NCBI GenBank assembly: GCA_016937015.1
Contig: JAFGWT010000543.1
Span: 30,440-94,439, forward strand
Source: Deltaproteobacteria bacterium
Lineage (GTDB): Bacteria > Myxococcota_A > Polyangia > JAAYKL01
Direction of reading: 5' to 3'
Length of the DNA stretch: 64,000 nucleotides
Each line of letters opens with the position of its first letter. The stretch's first letter is position 1. Under the pieces are notes generated by a model, which saw nothing but the letters and a program-made list of their open reading frames with translations, was not told the origin of the DNA and did not search any database. The translations under genes and the position numbers were made by a program. Below, one piece after another: positions 1 to 8,585 of this stretch.

Positions 1-87
1 GTAAATGGTTATTTCAAAAAAAGTCAAACGTGAACCACGTCTTCGTTTATTGTGTTCAGCGGAGCGCTGTACTAAAATGAGAATGAA

Positions 88-552
88 ATGATTCTTCAAA
101 CAACAATTATTGACATTCTTGAACGACTGGCCGATGTGGAGCAGCTTGCCGCCGAATTATACGGACATTACGCACGCCTTTTTTCCACGCATCCAGTTGC
201 TTCCAAGGTATTTGCTCAAATGCAGCGCGAAGAGGAGTCTCATCGGAATCAGGTGATGCGGCAAAAGCAAGTGGTCGCACGTTTTTTGTCCGCAAACGAT
301 TTTATTGATGTCGATATGGCTGGGGTTGACATTGTGGCCAACGCCATACTGAGAAAGATATCGGAAAGTCGTTTGTCTCTAAAGGATGCCGTCGATTTCG
401 CCATCTGGATGGAGAGTGCCGGAATGGAATCCGCTTATCGAACGGCAGCGTCCAGATACAGCACGCATCTTGAAAAGCTGGCGCATGCACTGTCAATTGA
501 GGATTCGGCCCATATTGAACAACTTAAAAAGCTGCGGGCAAGCAGTGGATGA
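88..552 (+). CDS. ferritin-like four-helix-bundle protein (two E-x-x-H motifs: EESHRNQV and EDSAHIEQL)
   Basis: 154-aa ORF; paired ExxH motifs typical of di-iron ferritin-like/rubrerythrin-like folds; no upstream in-frame start. Confidence 0.45.
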   Translation: MILQTTIIDILERLADVEQLAAELYGHYARLFSTHPVASKVFAQMQREEESHRNQVMRQKQVVARFLSANDFIDVDMAGVDIVANAILRKISESRLSLKDAVDFAIWMESAGMESAYRTAASRYSTHLEKLAHALSIEDSAHIEQLKKLRASSG

Positions 553-610
553 AGTTTTTATAGACTTCCCGCGGGGACAACCGGACGTTCGCAGCCCCAA
601 AAGGTTTTTC

Positions 611-1612
611 TCAATCCCTGCCAAACAGTGCCAGCATGGCTTTTAGTATCCCAATGTGTTCACCTTTGTGCTTGGTTGCAAGAACTGGCACCGAGCATTG
701 TTTGATGAGCTGTTCGGTGACGCTCCCCAGCAAAACGCCGGCGGCACCGCTGCGGCCCCGGGCGCCAATGACAACCAGATCGCAATGGCGTGCTTCAATT
801 TCACGTTCGAACACATTTGCGGGATGGAACGTTTCGTCCACTCGACAGTCAAAGGTGATTTTGGCATTTGCCGTATGAATTTTGCGCTTTAGAGCATCAC
901 ATTCCCTTTTGGCAAAAAAAGTCGCTGTTTCAATTTTCTTTTCACGGGGCTCAACCGGATCCGGCGCACCGCCGGGGTAATGAATATCATTGTATACCTG
1001 AAACAGATTCAGGGCATGTATTTCGGCGTTGAATGCGATGCCAAGGTCAATGGCCGTTTGCAATGCAAGTGTTGAGCACCTGGAATCGCGTATCGGACAG
1101 AAGATTTTCGTGAGCCGCGGTACGAACTCTTCTGGCACCACCAATACAGAGCATGTTGATTTTCTGGTCACTCGCCTCGGAAGAATGGCCACGTCACCCA
1201 TTTCAAGACGTGCACCCAGATGTCTCCCCATTACAATAAGGTCAATGTCTTCGTCATGAGCGACCATCAGCGTATCTTTCAGCTGATTTCCCACGAAAAC
1301 CTTGACCTCCTGATGGATGCCGTCGATGTCTCCAAAGTGTCTCACCGCAGCTCCAGTCATTGCGTCTGTATAGCCGGTTGTCAGGCGCACAATTTCGTCG
1401 TGGTACTGACGGTCCAAATCCAATTTGCTCGTTCCTTCGACTTCTGATGCGATAGCCAATCGCGATTCCAGTGGGGTGTCGTGGATAACATGGAGAAGAT
1501 AGACCGTTTTCAAACCAACCGTTTTGGCTATCATATGCGTGTATTCGATAACATGCGCATCCAGGTTGACATCTTCCACACACACCAGAACCTTTTCAAG
1601 TTTGTTTTCCAT
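611..1612 (-). CDS. tandem universal stress protein (two UspA domains)
   Basis: 333 aa; two Usp-like halves each ending in the G-x-x-G-(9)-G-S ATP-binding motif (GRHLGARLEMGDV..; GARGRSGAAGVLLGSVT). Confidence 0.8.
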   Translation of the reverse strand: MENKLEKVLVCVEDVNLDAHVIEYTHMIAKTVGLKTVYLLHVIHDTPLESRLAIASEVEGTSKLDLDRQYHDEIVRLTTGYTDAMTGAAVRHFGDIDGIHQEVKVFVGNQLKDTLMVAHDEDIDLIVMGRHLGARLEMGDVAILPRRVTRKSTCSVLVVPEEFVPRLTKIFCPIRDSRCSTLALQTAIDLGIAFNAEIHALNLFQVYNDIHYPGGAPDPVEPREKKIETATFFAKRECDALKRKIHTANAKITFDCRVDETFHPANVFEREIEARHCDLVVIGARGRSGAAGVLLGSVTEQLIKQCSVPVLATKHKGEHIGILKAMLALFGRD

Positions 1613-1647
1613 GCGGCGACTCCTTTTCCTATGCTGCCCGTCGACAG

Positions 1648-2212
1648 TTACGCCGATACAGCAATGTAAAGAAACGCGCGGGCAATAATGCCAACCGTTT
1701 CCAAAATTCCCATGGCTATAATTAAAAAGGCAATTCCCTTTCCACCATCAGAAAGGCATCGTACTGCGGCGGCCCCAACCTGAGTCTGCATCCCGTCACT
1801 TAACATTTCAGCCAGACCTCCCGCCAGCCCAATGCCATGCAGCAGCGCGTCTTTGGCTGTGACAATATCTGCCGGAACCGACAGCAGTTTGTGCACCAGT
1901 ATCATTGCACACTGGGTGTGGAAAAAGGGCATACCCACCACACACATGGGTCATCTCTGCGACCTTGCCGTCAAGCCGATACTCGAAACCGGGTTCACTA
2001 AGGTTGGTATCCACTCCGAACAGCACCCTTTTTTGTGCGTCCAACTGTGCCGTGACGTTGACGTTAACCTGTTCCATGATTTGCGCTGATTTATTTTGAG
2101 CGCGGGAGATGATTTGAGTCGCGTCGGCTTCCGCTGTCCTGTGGGCCTGGTCGCCTGCTGCGATGCCGTCCTGCGGCAATTGATGCACAAATGATTCGAT
2201 TGTGTGCTGCAT
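1648..2212 (-). pseudogene. frameshifted gene for a small membrane protein (coiled N-terminal part, Gly-rich C-terminal TM hairpin resembling ATPase proteolipid-like segments)
   Basis: two overlapping minus-strand ORFs (1808..2212 and 1648..1947) in different frames; both halves look protein-like; the overlap contains an A5/T5 homopolymer (1932-1936) where a 1-nt indel would fuse them. Confidence 0.3.
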
Positions 2213-3000
2213 TATGGCACAGGTATTAGGCTCGATACATCGGTACCAGCCTCCAAATGTGTCCTGGCCATGTCATTCCAGGCGGTTGTAATAACAGCCA
2301 CCGCGTCATCTGGTCGGATGGTTCCCGTGTTTATAACTATATCGTAATGACGTGAGTCTTCCCAGTTCTCTCCAAAAAGCTGATGAATGAATTTTGCGCG
2401 CTGCACATCGCTCTCGCTGATTATTTTCATGGCTTCTTTATGCGTGCAACTGTTTCGCGCCATCACGCGTTTCTCCCTAAAACGCATGGGTGCAACAATC
2501 CGAATGTCCAGTCTGGGACATGTTTTAGGCAGGAATCCTGCGCCCCGACCCAGCAAGACAACGTTTCCTGTTTCCATAAAGTAATTAATCGCTCTGAGTA
2601 AATGGCGATGATGCAAATCGGAATCGATGGTGGAGCGATTTCGAAGCATGCTTCTCATCCATTCGCCCAACTGCGAATGGACCCGTTCATCCATCACGTC
2701 CACCAACTCCTTTGTTATACGTGATCGTGTTGCCACTTCATCCATTATGCGAAAGCCAAGAAGTTCGCATCCAAGTTCGCTTGTCAGTGATTTGGCTATT
2801 TCCGACGCACCGCTGCCAATCAGCCTGGATATTGTGATGACCGGTTTCGGGAGGTGTCGCCTGTTATAAACGTTTTTTACCGTTTCCTTTTGTAAATTCC
2901 AGCGAAGATGCTGCTTCTCGAGTATTGCCTGAATAGATTGTGTCATACGCGACCCCCATGGTATGATCCCCGGCATTTCGCACGGGATGTGTGGTGGCAT
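2212..3000 (-). CDS. cytidylate-kinase-like family P-loop protein
   Basis: ITISRLIGSGASEIAKSL motif matches the ITISREYGSGG signature of the cytidylate kinase-like AAA family; true start may be an internal Met. Confidence 0.6.
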   Translation of the reverse strand: MPPHIPCEMPGIIPWGSRMTQSIQAILEKQHLRWNLQKETVKNVYNRRHLPKPVITISRLIGSGASEIAKSLTSELGCELLGFRIMDEVATRSRITKELVDVMDERVHSQLGEWMRSMLRNRSTIDSDLHHRHLLRAINYFMETGNVVLLGRGAGFLPKTCPRLDIRIVAPMRFREKRVMARNSCTHKEAMKIISESDVQRAKFIHQLFGENWEDSRHYDIVINTGTIRPDDAVAVITTAWNDMARTHLEAGTDVSSLIPVP

Positions 3001-3361
3001 TAAAAATGTGCAAAGGCAGTGCCAGCGATTCAGCGTAATCCGTGAAAAAATTAGTGTTTTTTAATTCAATAGGTTTGGGGATCGTGTTTAATTATTTTCC
3101 CATCATTGCACGTAAAAGGTGAACAAATTGACCCGGAATGGGGTGTAAACTTACCTTTGTACGGTTGATTTGGTTCGGGCGACAGTGACACAGGGAAATT
3201 GGACGCTGAGAATTGCAAATCCATGACAAAATCTCTCATGTTCCTGGCATGAGTGGGATGGATTTTGATTGAATCATTACAAACGGCGCCAATTTCAAAA
3301 AGACAGGTTACAAAACGCTGATGATATGTGTATTTCCATTAAGTCTAACAAGAGGTAAATC

Positions 3362-4606
3362 ATGAGCTCCAAATCTTATCAAAATCATAAATTGCTATTT
3401 TTGTTTTCAGTGGTGCTTTGGATGCATACCATCTTCGCTGCGTCCGCGTCTGCACAAGGGAACGGCACTCCAAATCCCGCGACACCGGTTTCCAAATCCA
3501 ATAAAGTGGTGATTTTTCCGTTTGACGGCATTAATGTATCCGAGGACATCGGTGCGGCAGTATCGGAGGTCTTCAGTTCCGCGCTGGTGGCTGCCTCTTT
3601 TGTGGTTATTGACTGGGAACCTTATCGGGATACATTGGAAGCTGCCGAAAGCGTCCCCAGTCTGGCCCAAAGTCTGCAGCCGCCGCAAGATTCTTCCGTT
3701 AAAAAAACGCCCAGTATCTCTGACAAAACAACAGACGAGGTGAACTCGGAGGTTGCCGTCACCGAGCAGAATGAAACAGAATCGCCACCAATGGAGCCGT
3801 CTCAGGCGGTTTCGGCGAACGTTCCTCCGTTGACTGCAACCGCGCCAGGCAGTCGCAACCTCACCGAAACGCAAAAAAAACGTATCGCTTCAGCTGTGGG
3901 AGCGACCGGTTACATCGATGGAAAAGTGGTGAGACTGGGCACCAAGTATACCGTTCGTGTTAATTTAAAGGACTTGTCCGCTAACGTATTGGCACAAAAA
4001 GAGATGAAAGCTGCCGACGACAACGATTTGTATCTCGCATTGACGCGTATCGCGGTGGCGTTAAAAGAGAACGTGTCAACCGAACAGACGCAGAATCTCA
4101 ACAACGCCACGCTTGCAGAAACCAATACTTTGCCGAACCGCGCGCGTGTCCAGAACTACAACGGGTTTATGCTGGGGGGCGGCGCAGTCTTTGGTTCGGA
4201 TAAGGATTATGGTCTGATGACCGGCGGCTATCAGGGGGTGTGGGAAGTGCGACGTATGCGACTGGGGTTGAATCTCGCGTTGAACTTCGGATCTGACAGC
4301 CACCGCTTCGCGCTGTCAGGTGGCCTGTTGGTATCGGTATATTTGTCGGATGAAAGCGTGTCGCCGTATCTCGGAGGCGCGATGGGGGTGTACATTGGCG
4401 ATTTAATCAAGCGTTCAGATAACGGGGACGACGTATACGAGGAAGATTCAGGTATCGGTTTTGTGGTAAATCCGGTTTTTGGCGTCGAGTTTCTGCGAGA
4501 AACCCGCATTCGATTGTTTTTGGAACTGAAATACGGTTTCCTTGTCAGTGCCATGGGCGATTTAGGTCACGGACCCATGCTGGCATTCGGACTGGCATTT
4601 AATTGA
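3362..4606 (+). CDS. secreted/outer-membrane protein with C-terminal Gly/aromatic-rich beta-barrel-like region
   Basis: N-terminal signal peptide (LLFLFSVVLWMHTIFAASASA); C-terminal alternating hydrophobic/Gly pattern ending in aromatic ...LAFGLAFN typical of OM beta-barrels. Confidence 0.4.
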   Translation: MSSKSYQNHKLLFLFSVVLWMHTIFAASASAQGNGTPNPATPVSKSNKVVIFPFDGINVSEDIGAAVSEVFSSALVAASFVVIDWEPYRDTLEAAESVPSLAQSLQPPQDSSVKKTPSISDKTTDEVNSEVAVTEQNETESPPMEPSQAVSANVPPLTATAPGSRNLTETQKKRIASAVGATGYIDGKVVRLGTKYTVRVNLKDLSANVLAQKEMKAADDNDLYLALTRIAVALKENVSTEQTQNLNNATLAETNTLPNRARVQNYNGFMLGGGAVFGSDKDYGLMTGGYQGVWEVRRMRLGLNLALNFGSDSHRFALSGGLLVSVYLSDESVSPYLGGAMGVYIGDLIKRSDNGDDVYEEDSGIGFVVNPVFGVEFLRETRIRLFLELKYGFLVSAMGDLGHGPMLAFGLAFN

Positions 4607-4704
4607 TGATTTCAGGACGGATAGTCTAAGACCGGTCAACTGTTTATCAGCTGTGTTTGGGGATTTGTTTGAAAAGTGGTCTTTGGATCTGGTTGCAATT
4701 TTTT

Positions 4705-6339
4705 TTACTGATTATTCATTTCCAGTTTGAGATTGCCGCCCAGGCCGGTACGATTGTTGCCACCTAGTTTGAGTTTGTTTCCGCCCAACGATGCGCCATC
4801 GTCATTTTGAAGATTGAGTTTTAGCTCTCCAGGAGAAGAGGGGGCAGGCAAATCCAGAGCCAGATCGCCATTGGCGCCGGTATCGGTATCGTTTTCATCC
4901 GCCTCTTCCGCGTCGGGGGTATCCGTTTCAGACAGCTGAAACAGCTTACGGAGTTCGTCTCTCACAGCTTCGGACGGCGCTTTTTCGAGGGCCTGATTAA
5001 CCACTTTGCGCATCTCATCAAATCGGGCGGTCGCACGATACACCTGCGCAAGAATCATGAGCGACTGAAAGCTCTCTTTGGATAATCTGACAGCCTTTTT
5101 TGCATATTCAATTGCTTTGTCCGTTTCACCGGACATTGCCGCCAGCTGCGCTCTCGTGGCAGCGATTTCGGCTGAAGCGGGCGCAATTTTCTCTGCGATA
5201 TCGAGTTCCTGCCTGGCCGAATCCGCATCTCCACGCATCATAAACAGCGCGGCCAGCAGCGCGTGCGCCTGATAGTATTCAGGAAATTCAGTCAGTGCTT
5301 CACGTATTGCGGATTCGGCATCCGTGAGATCGCTTTGAGTCATCAGCTGGACCTGCGCAAGCGATACCTTGGTGACGGCCCAGTTACGTGTTTTTTTTGC
5401 TTTTTCAAACTCGGAAATGGCTTCCTGAATGGCGCTGCTTCCTAAAAATATTTTTCCTCGGTGAATTTTAAACGTGGCATTCTCCGGCGCCAGTTCCACT
5501 GCAATCTGATTGTCTTTCAAGGATTCGGATAACGCCAGTTTGGCAAATTTACTGAGGCTGCGATGCGCATAGAACGGCGCTGTGGCTGTTGCGGTATCGA
5601 GTTTGATTAGATTTGCATTCTCGACTTTTTCCTCCCTGCCAGCCCAGGGATCAAAGAGTGCGTCGCCGCTAATGATGGCGTATCTGGAGTACACCGCCGA
5701 TGGATCCGCCGGCGTTTTTTCCTTTTTATAATTAAGAATTTCGACCATTTGAGCGTTTGGTACCCCTGCACTCAGACTTGCTGCCAGCAGCAGGGCAGCA
5801 ATTTCGTAGCTGGACGCCTCGAAGCTCTCTTCGCCCTGTATCTTCTCCAGCAATTCCCCTGCGGTCAAAGGCCCCGGCATCCTGGGTTCAGTCTGAGAAA
5901 ACGCTCGCCATTTCTTATCCTTTTTCAGTTTCAGTAATTCGAGGTATATTGCCCGGACCGCATCTGTGCCGTCTTTTCCATCTGCGACCTTTTTTGAGAA
6001 AGCGTCGATTTTTCCGGTGGATTCAAAAGGCACAATCGCGCTCCCGGTTTCGATACCGAGGCTTTCGAGCTGCGCCTTTACGTCATCAGGTGCCACATCG
6101 GGGGCAGCTGTTTCGGCCGTGGATGACGTTGTCCGCGTGAAATACCAGCCTGCAGCCCCCACCACTAACGCCAGAATAACTGTCACGGGGACGAGAAGTC
6201 GTGGCTTGGATTGGGGACCAGATGTCTTTTTTTCCTTCTCCGGCTCCACGTCATGAATGCCCATACACTCGGGACATCGAACTTTTTCTTTTTTTTCAGA
6301 TTCAAATGTTATGTCGCAATGGTTGCATCGATATTTCAT
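4705..6339 (-). CDS. zinc-ribbon / single-TM / TPR-repeat protein with a degenerate transglutaminase-like core
   Basis: N-terminal CxxC...CxxC ribbon (CNHCD..CPEC), one TM helix, C-terminal ~250 aa of TPR-like repeats; central region has a transglutaminase-like spacing but Cys/His replaced (SSYEIAALL / YAIISGDALFDPW). Confidence 0.5.
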   Translation of the reverse strand: MKYRCNHCDITFESEKKEKVRCPECMGIHDVEPEKEKKTSGPQSKPRLLVPVTVILALVVGAAGWYFTRTTSSTAETAAPDVAPDDVKAQLESLGIETGSAIVPFESTGKIDAFSKKVADGKDGTDAVRAIYLELLKLKKDKKWRAFSQTEPRMPGPLTAGELLEKIQGEESFEASSYEIAALLLAASLSAGVPNAQMVEILNYKKEKTPADPSAVYSRYAIISGDALFDPWAGREEKVENANLIKLDTATATAPFYAHRSLSKFAKLALSESLKDNQIAVELAPENATFKIHRGKIFLGSSAIQEAISEFEKAKKTRNWAVTKVSLAQVQLMTQSDLTDAESAIREALTEFPEYYQAHALLAALFMMRGDADSARQELDIAEKIAPASAEIAATRAQLAAMSGETDKAIEYAKKAVRLSKESFQSLMILAQVYRATARFDEMRKVVNQALEKAPSEAVRDELRKLFQLSETDTPDAEEADENDTDTGANGDLALDLPAPSSPGELKLNLQNDDGASLGGNKLKLGGNNRTGLGGNLKLEMNNQ

Positions 6340-6456
6340 ATTAATTCTGCTCCGCAGGTTTGAAGTGACGCCCTGGTGTATGGGGCACGCTCCTGATTGT
6401 CAATAGCGGATGGGCGGGTTTTTTATTCCCCAAAATCAGTTTTATATTGTTTCGGT

Positions 6457-6963
6457 CTATTGTTGACAGGACAAAATTCTGGCGGGTTTGCCATCGGCTC
6501 TTTTCAATTTGCTGGCAGTGCAACGGCCCATTTCCCGGCACACTTTGGATTTCGTGCAATCCGTATCGCCACCCACAACGCAGAACCCATCATCCCCTGG
6601 GGTACATTTTCCAAATTCGGCGCACACTTCCGATGCCCTGCACCCTTCTCCATCCGCGACACATATTCCAACGGAGCGGTTACCAACGTTGTTGGGTTTA
6701 AAAACGCATTCTCCCAGTTTTGTACAGTTGGTTGATTGTTTGCAATCAATGGGCCTCGTGGCAACACAGCGATCCCCGGGGGCATAAGTACATTTCCCCG
6801 CATTGATGCACTCCTCTTTTTCCAGGCACGACAAATTCTGTACGCAATTGCCCGCCTTTGCCCGTTCAAATCCGATAGGACATGAATCACTGCCCTGGAG
6901 CAGTACACAACCGGATACAAAAGGAAAAAGGGTAATAAAAATAGATGGATAAAGCAGTTTCAT
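6457..6963 (-). CDS. Cys-rich secreted lipoprotein with periodic C-x(5-7)-G-x-C repeats
   Basis: start chosen at internal Met with AGGAGA RBS 7 nt upstream; lipobox FVSGC; 24 Cys in 150 mature residues with recurring (A/P/L)G-x-C motif. Confidence 0.55.
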   Translation of the reverse strand: MKLLYPSIFITLFPFVSGCVLLQGSDSCPIGFERAKAGNCVQNLSCLEKEECINAGKCTYAPGDRCVATRPIDCKQSTNCTKLGECVFKPNNVGNRSVGICVADGEGCRASEVCAEFGKCTPGDDGFCVVGGDTDCTKSKVCREMGRCTASKLKRADGKPARILSCQQ

Positions 6964-7235
6964 GGGTATCTCCTGTTTGTGCGATGCGGAAAAATGCAAA
7001 TATAACAGAAATTGTCGGCGTTGAACAGACGGGGTTAAGGCTGACTACGCCAACATCCAACAAATAATTACACTGCCTATTGATGGATGATCGCTGTGTG
7101 TACAATTTTTATTTCTGTTTTCCTGCACTGTGTTGTGAAGTATTGTGACTAAACTGATCACGCGAACTGGCGTGTCCGGAGATTGCTTTGCCTGCAATTG
7201 CTGTGTGCAATTGCTGTGAACGAAGGAGAAATAAT

Positions 7236-7412
7236 ATGGATATTGAATCAAAAGTGCTGTCAACTATGAAAAAAGCAGGAGAGCCATTGAATGCTGGAAA
7301 AATTGCAGAACTGTCTGGTCTTGATCGCAAGGATGTTGATAAAGCCATGAAGAACCTGAAGGCGGATGCGAAAATCGTCTCTCCCAAACGATGTTATTGG
7401 TCACCCAAATAA
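7236..7412 (+). CDS. 58-aa stand-alone winged-helix DNA-binding protein (AsnC/HTH_24-like)
   Basis: AAGGAG RBS 7 nt upstream of ATG at 7236; sequence [27 protein letters not shown] resembles HTH recognition helix plus wing. Confidence 0.45.
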   Translation: MDIESKVLSTMKKAGEPLNAGKIAELSGLDRKDVDKAMKNLKADAKIVSPKRCYWSPK

Positions 7413-7625
7413 TTTCTGCAACTTGCACAACGTCATTTTGGGCGTCAATAACAGGTGGAGCGCGCAGGTTGAACTCTTGTTTACGCCCTGATTATCGAAA
7501 AAAATAAATAGGTTATCGTATAATTTAATTCACCTGACATCAAACCTGGCAGGCACTTTAATGTAAAGTTATATTTTCACCACAAAAGTAATATTAAACC
7601 AATTTACGATCTATTCGAGGGATTC

Positions 7626-8489
7626 ATGCTGAACAGAACGATACTTTTTGTAATAATACTGGTGATTTGCGGCTGTGTGAGTACTACCTATGCGCCGCCT
7701 GAGGACGATGTGAAGGATTCGGGGTCTCCCAATGATTCAGATTCGGGGCCAACCGGCGACAGCGACACCGATACCGACACGGACGCTGATACGGACACCG
7801 ATACGGATACTGATACAGACACCGATACCGATACAGACACCGATACCGATACAGACACCGATACCGATACAGACACCGATACGGACACCGATACGGATAC
7901 TGATACAGACACCGATACAGATACAGACACAGATACAGATACAGACACAGATACAGACACAGATACAGACACCGATACGGATACTGACACAGATACCGAC
8001 ACAGACACAGATACTGACATTGATACCACCACTGATTCTGAATCAGGTAGCGACACGATGGATACCGCAGATTCCGAAACGACAGATTCTGGATTGAACT
8101 GCACCGGCGGCACAACGGAATGCAACGGCGACTGCGTTGACTTGACATCAGATCCCAATAACTGCGTGACCTGTGGGAATGTCTGTTCAGACCCCACGCC
8201 ATACTGTGGTGCAACCGGGTGTGAGGCCGGGATTTTGCTGGCATACGGTGTCGGGGTTGAATTAGAGCCTGGCACTTATGCGATAACCACCGGAGCGACA
8301 GATAATCCATCCGGAACTGGTACCCTTGCGTTGCAGTCTGCAGGGGGCACAACCATTGATGCCAGCGTCACCTTTGACGGTACAACCGCCGAGGGCAATG
8401 ATTACTATGTCTCCTTTCCGAATATACCGGAGGAAACGACCGGTTCGCTAACCATCTCTGCATCGGTAACTATTACTTTTGAGTGGTAG
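7626..8489 (+). CDS. secreted lipoprotein: ~90-residue (Asp-Thr)n linker + Cys-rich module + beta-rich C-terminal domain
   Basis: lipoprotein signal (VICGC); DTDTDT... run encoded by GATACNGACACN repeats (7755-8030); C-x-G-x-C-V-D-L-x-S-D-P-N-N-C-x-x-C-G-x-x-C module. Confidence 0.6.
   Translation: MLNRTILFVIILVICGCVSTTYAPPEDDVKDSGSPNDSDSGPTGDSDTDTDTDADTDTDTDTDTDTDTDTDTDTDTDTDTDTDTDTDTDTDTDTDTDTDTDTDTDTDTDTDTDTDTDTDTDTDTDTDTDTDIDTTTDSESGSDTMDTADSETTDSGLNCTGGTTECNGDCVDLTSDPNNCVTCGNVCSDPTPYCGATGCEAGILLAYGVGVELEPGTYAITTGATDNPSGTGTLALQSAGGTTIDASVTFDGTTAEGNDYYVSFPNIPEETTGSLTISASVTITFEW
7755..8030 (+). repeat. GATACN/GACACN hexanucleotide-type coding repeat ((Asp-Thr)n linker)
   Basis: directly visible ~45 dipeptide-coding repeats inside CDS 7626..8489. 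Confidence 0.9.
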
Positions 8490-8526
8490 GTCAATTTTTT
8501 CGGCGCCAGTCGAACGACAAAAAAAA

Positions 8527-8550
8527 GGCGGGAATCGCTTCCCGCCTTTT
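8527..8550. terminator. bidirectional rho-independent terminator between convergent genes
   Basis: GGCGGGAA-tcgc-TTCCCGCC hairpin flanked by A6 upstream and T4 downstream, between 7626..8489(+) and flgE(-). Confidence 0.6.
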
Positions 8551-8585
8551 AATTGGTGATGAGGTGTTTTTAAGGAGCCTTCTTA

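Noticed and set aside
1832-2099. Plus-strand ORFs (85 and 64 aa) in the frameshift region as the real gene.
   Set aside because: Their sequences are not protein-like, whereas both minus-strand pieces give coherent helical/TM sequence. A frameshifted minus-strand gene is the better explanation.
6397-6920. Several 80-140-aa ORFs on both strands overlapping the Cys-rich lipoprotein gene (6397..6735+, 6447..6701+, 6488..6787+, 6504..6920-).
   Set aside because: They are alternative frames of a Cys/Gly-codon-rich gene. Only the 6457..6963(-) frame has an RBS, a lipoprotein signal and a periodic Cys motif.
7684-8352. Long ORFs on the opposite strand or alternative frames of the DT/DS/poly-Asp repeat regions. 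Examples: 7684..8352(-), 7688..8275(-), 7732..8097(+), 21098..21397(-), 21136..21378(+), 21353..21894(+), 27329..27792(-), 52570..53003(-), 53755..54033(-), 58362..58962(+), 59260..59582.
   Set aside because: Low-complexity translations (SVSVSV, PIRTLI, HHHH, SSSS) are an inevitable consequence of hexanucleotide/trinucleotide repeats. The sense-strand ORFs have signal peptides and real domains at both ends.
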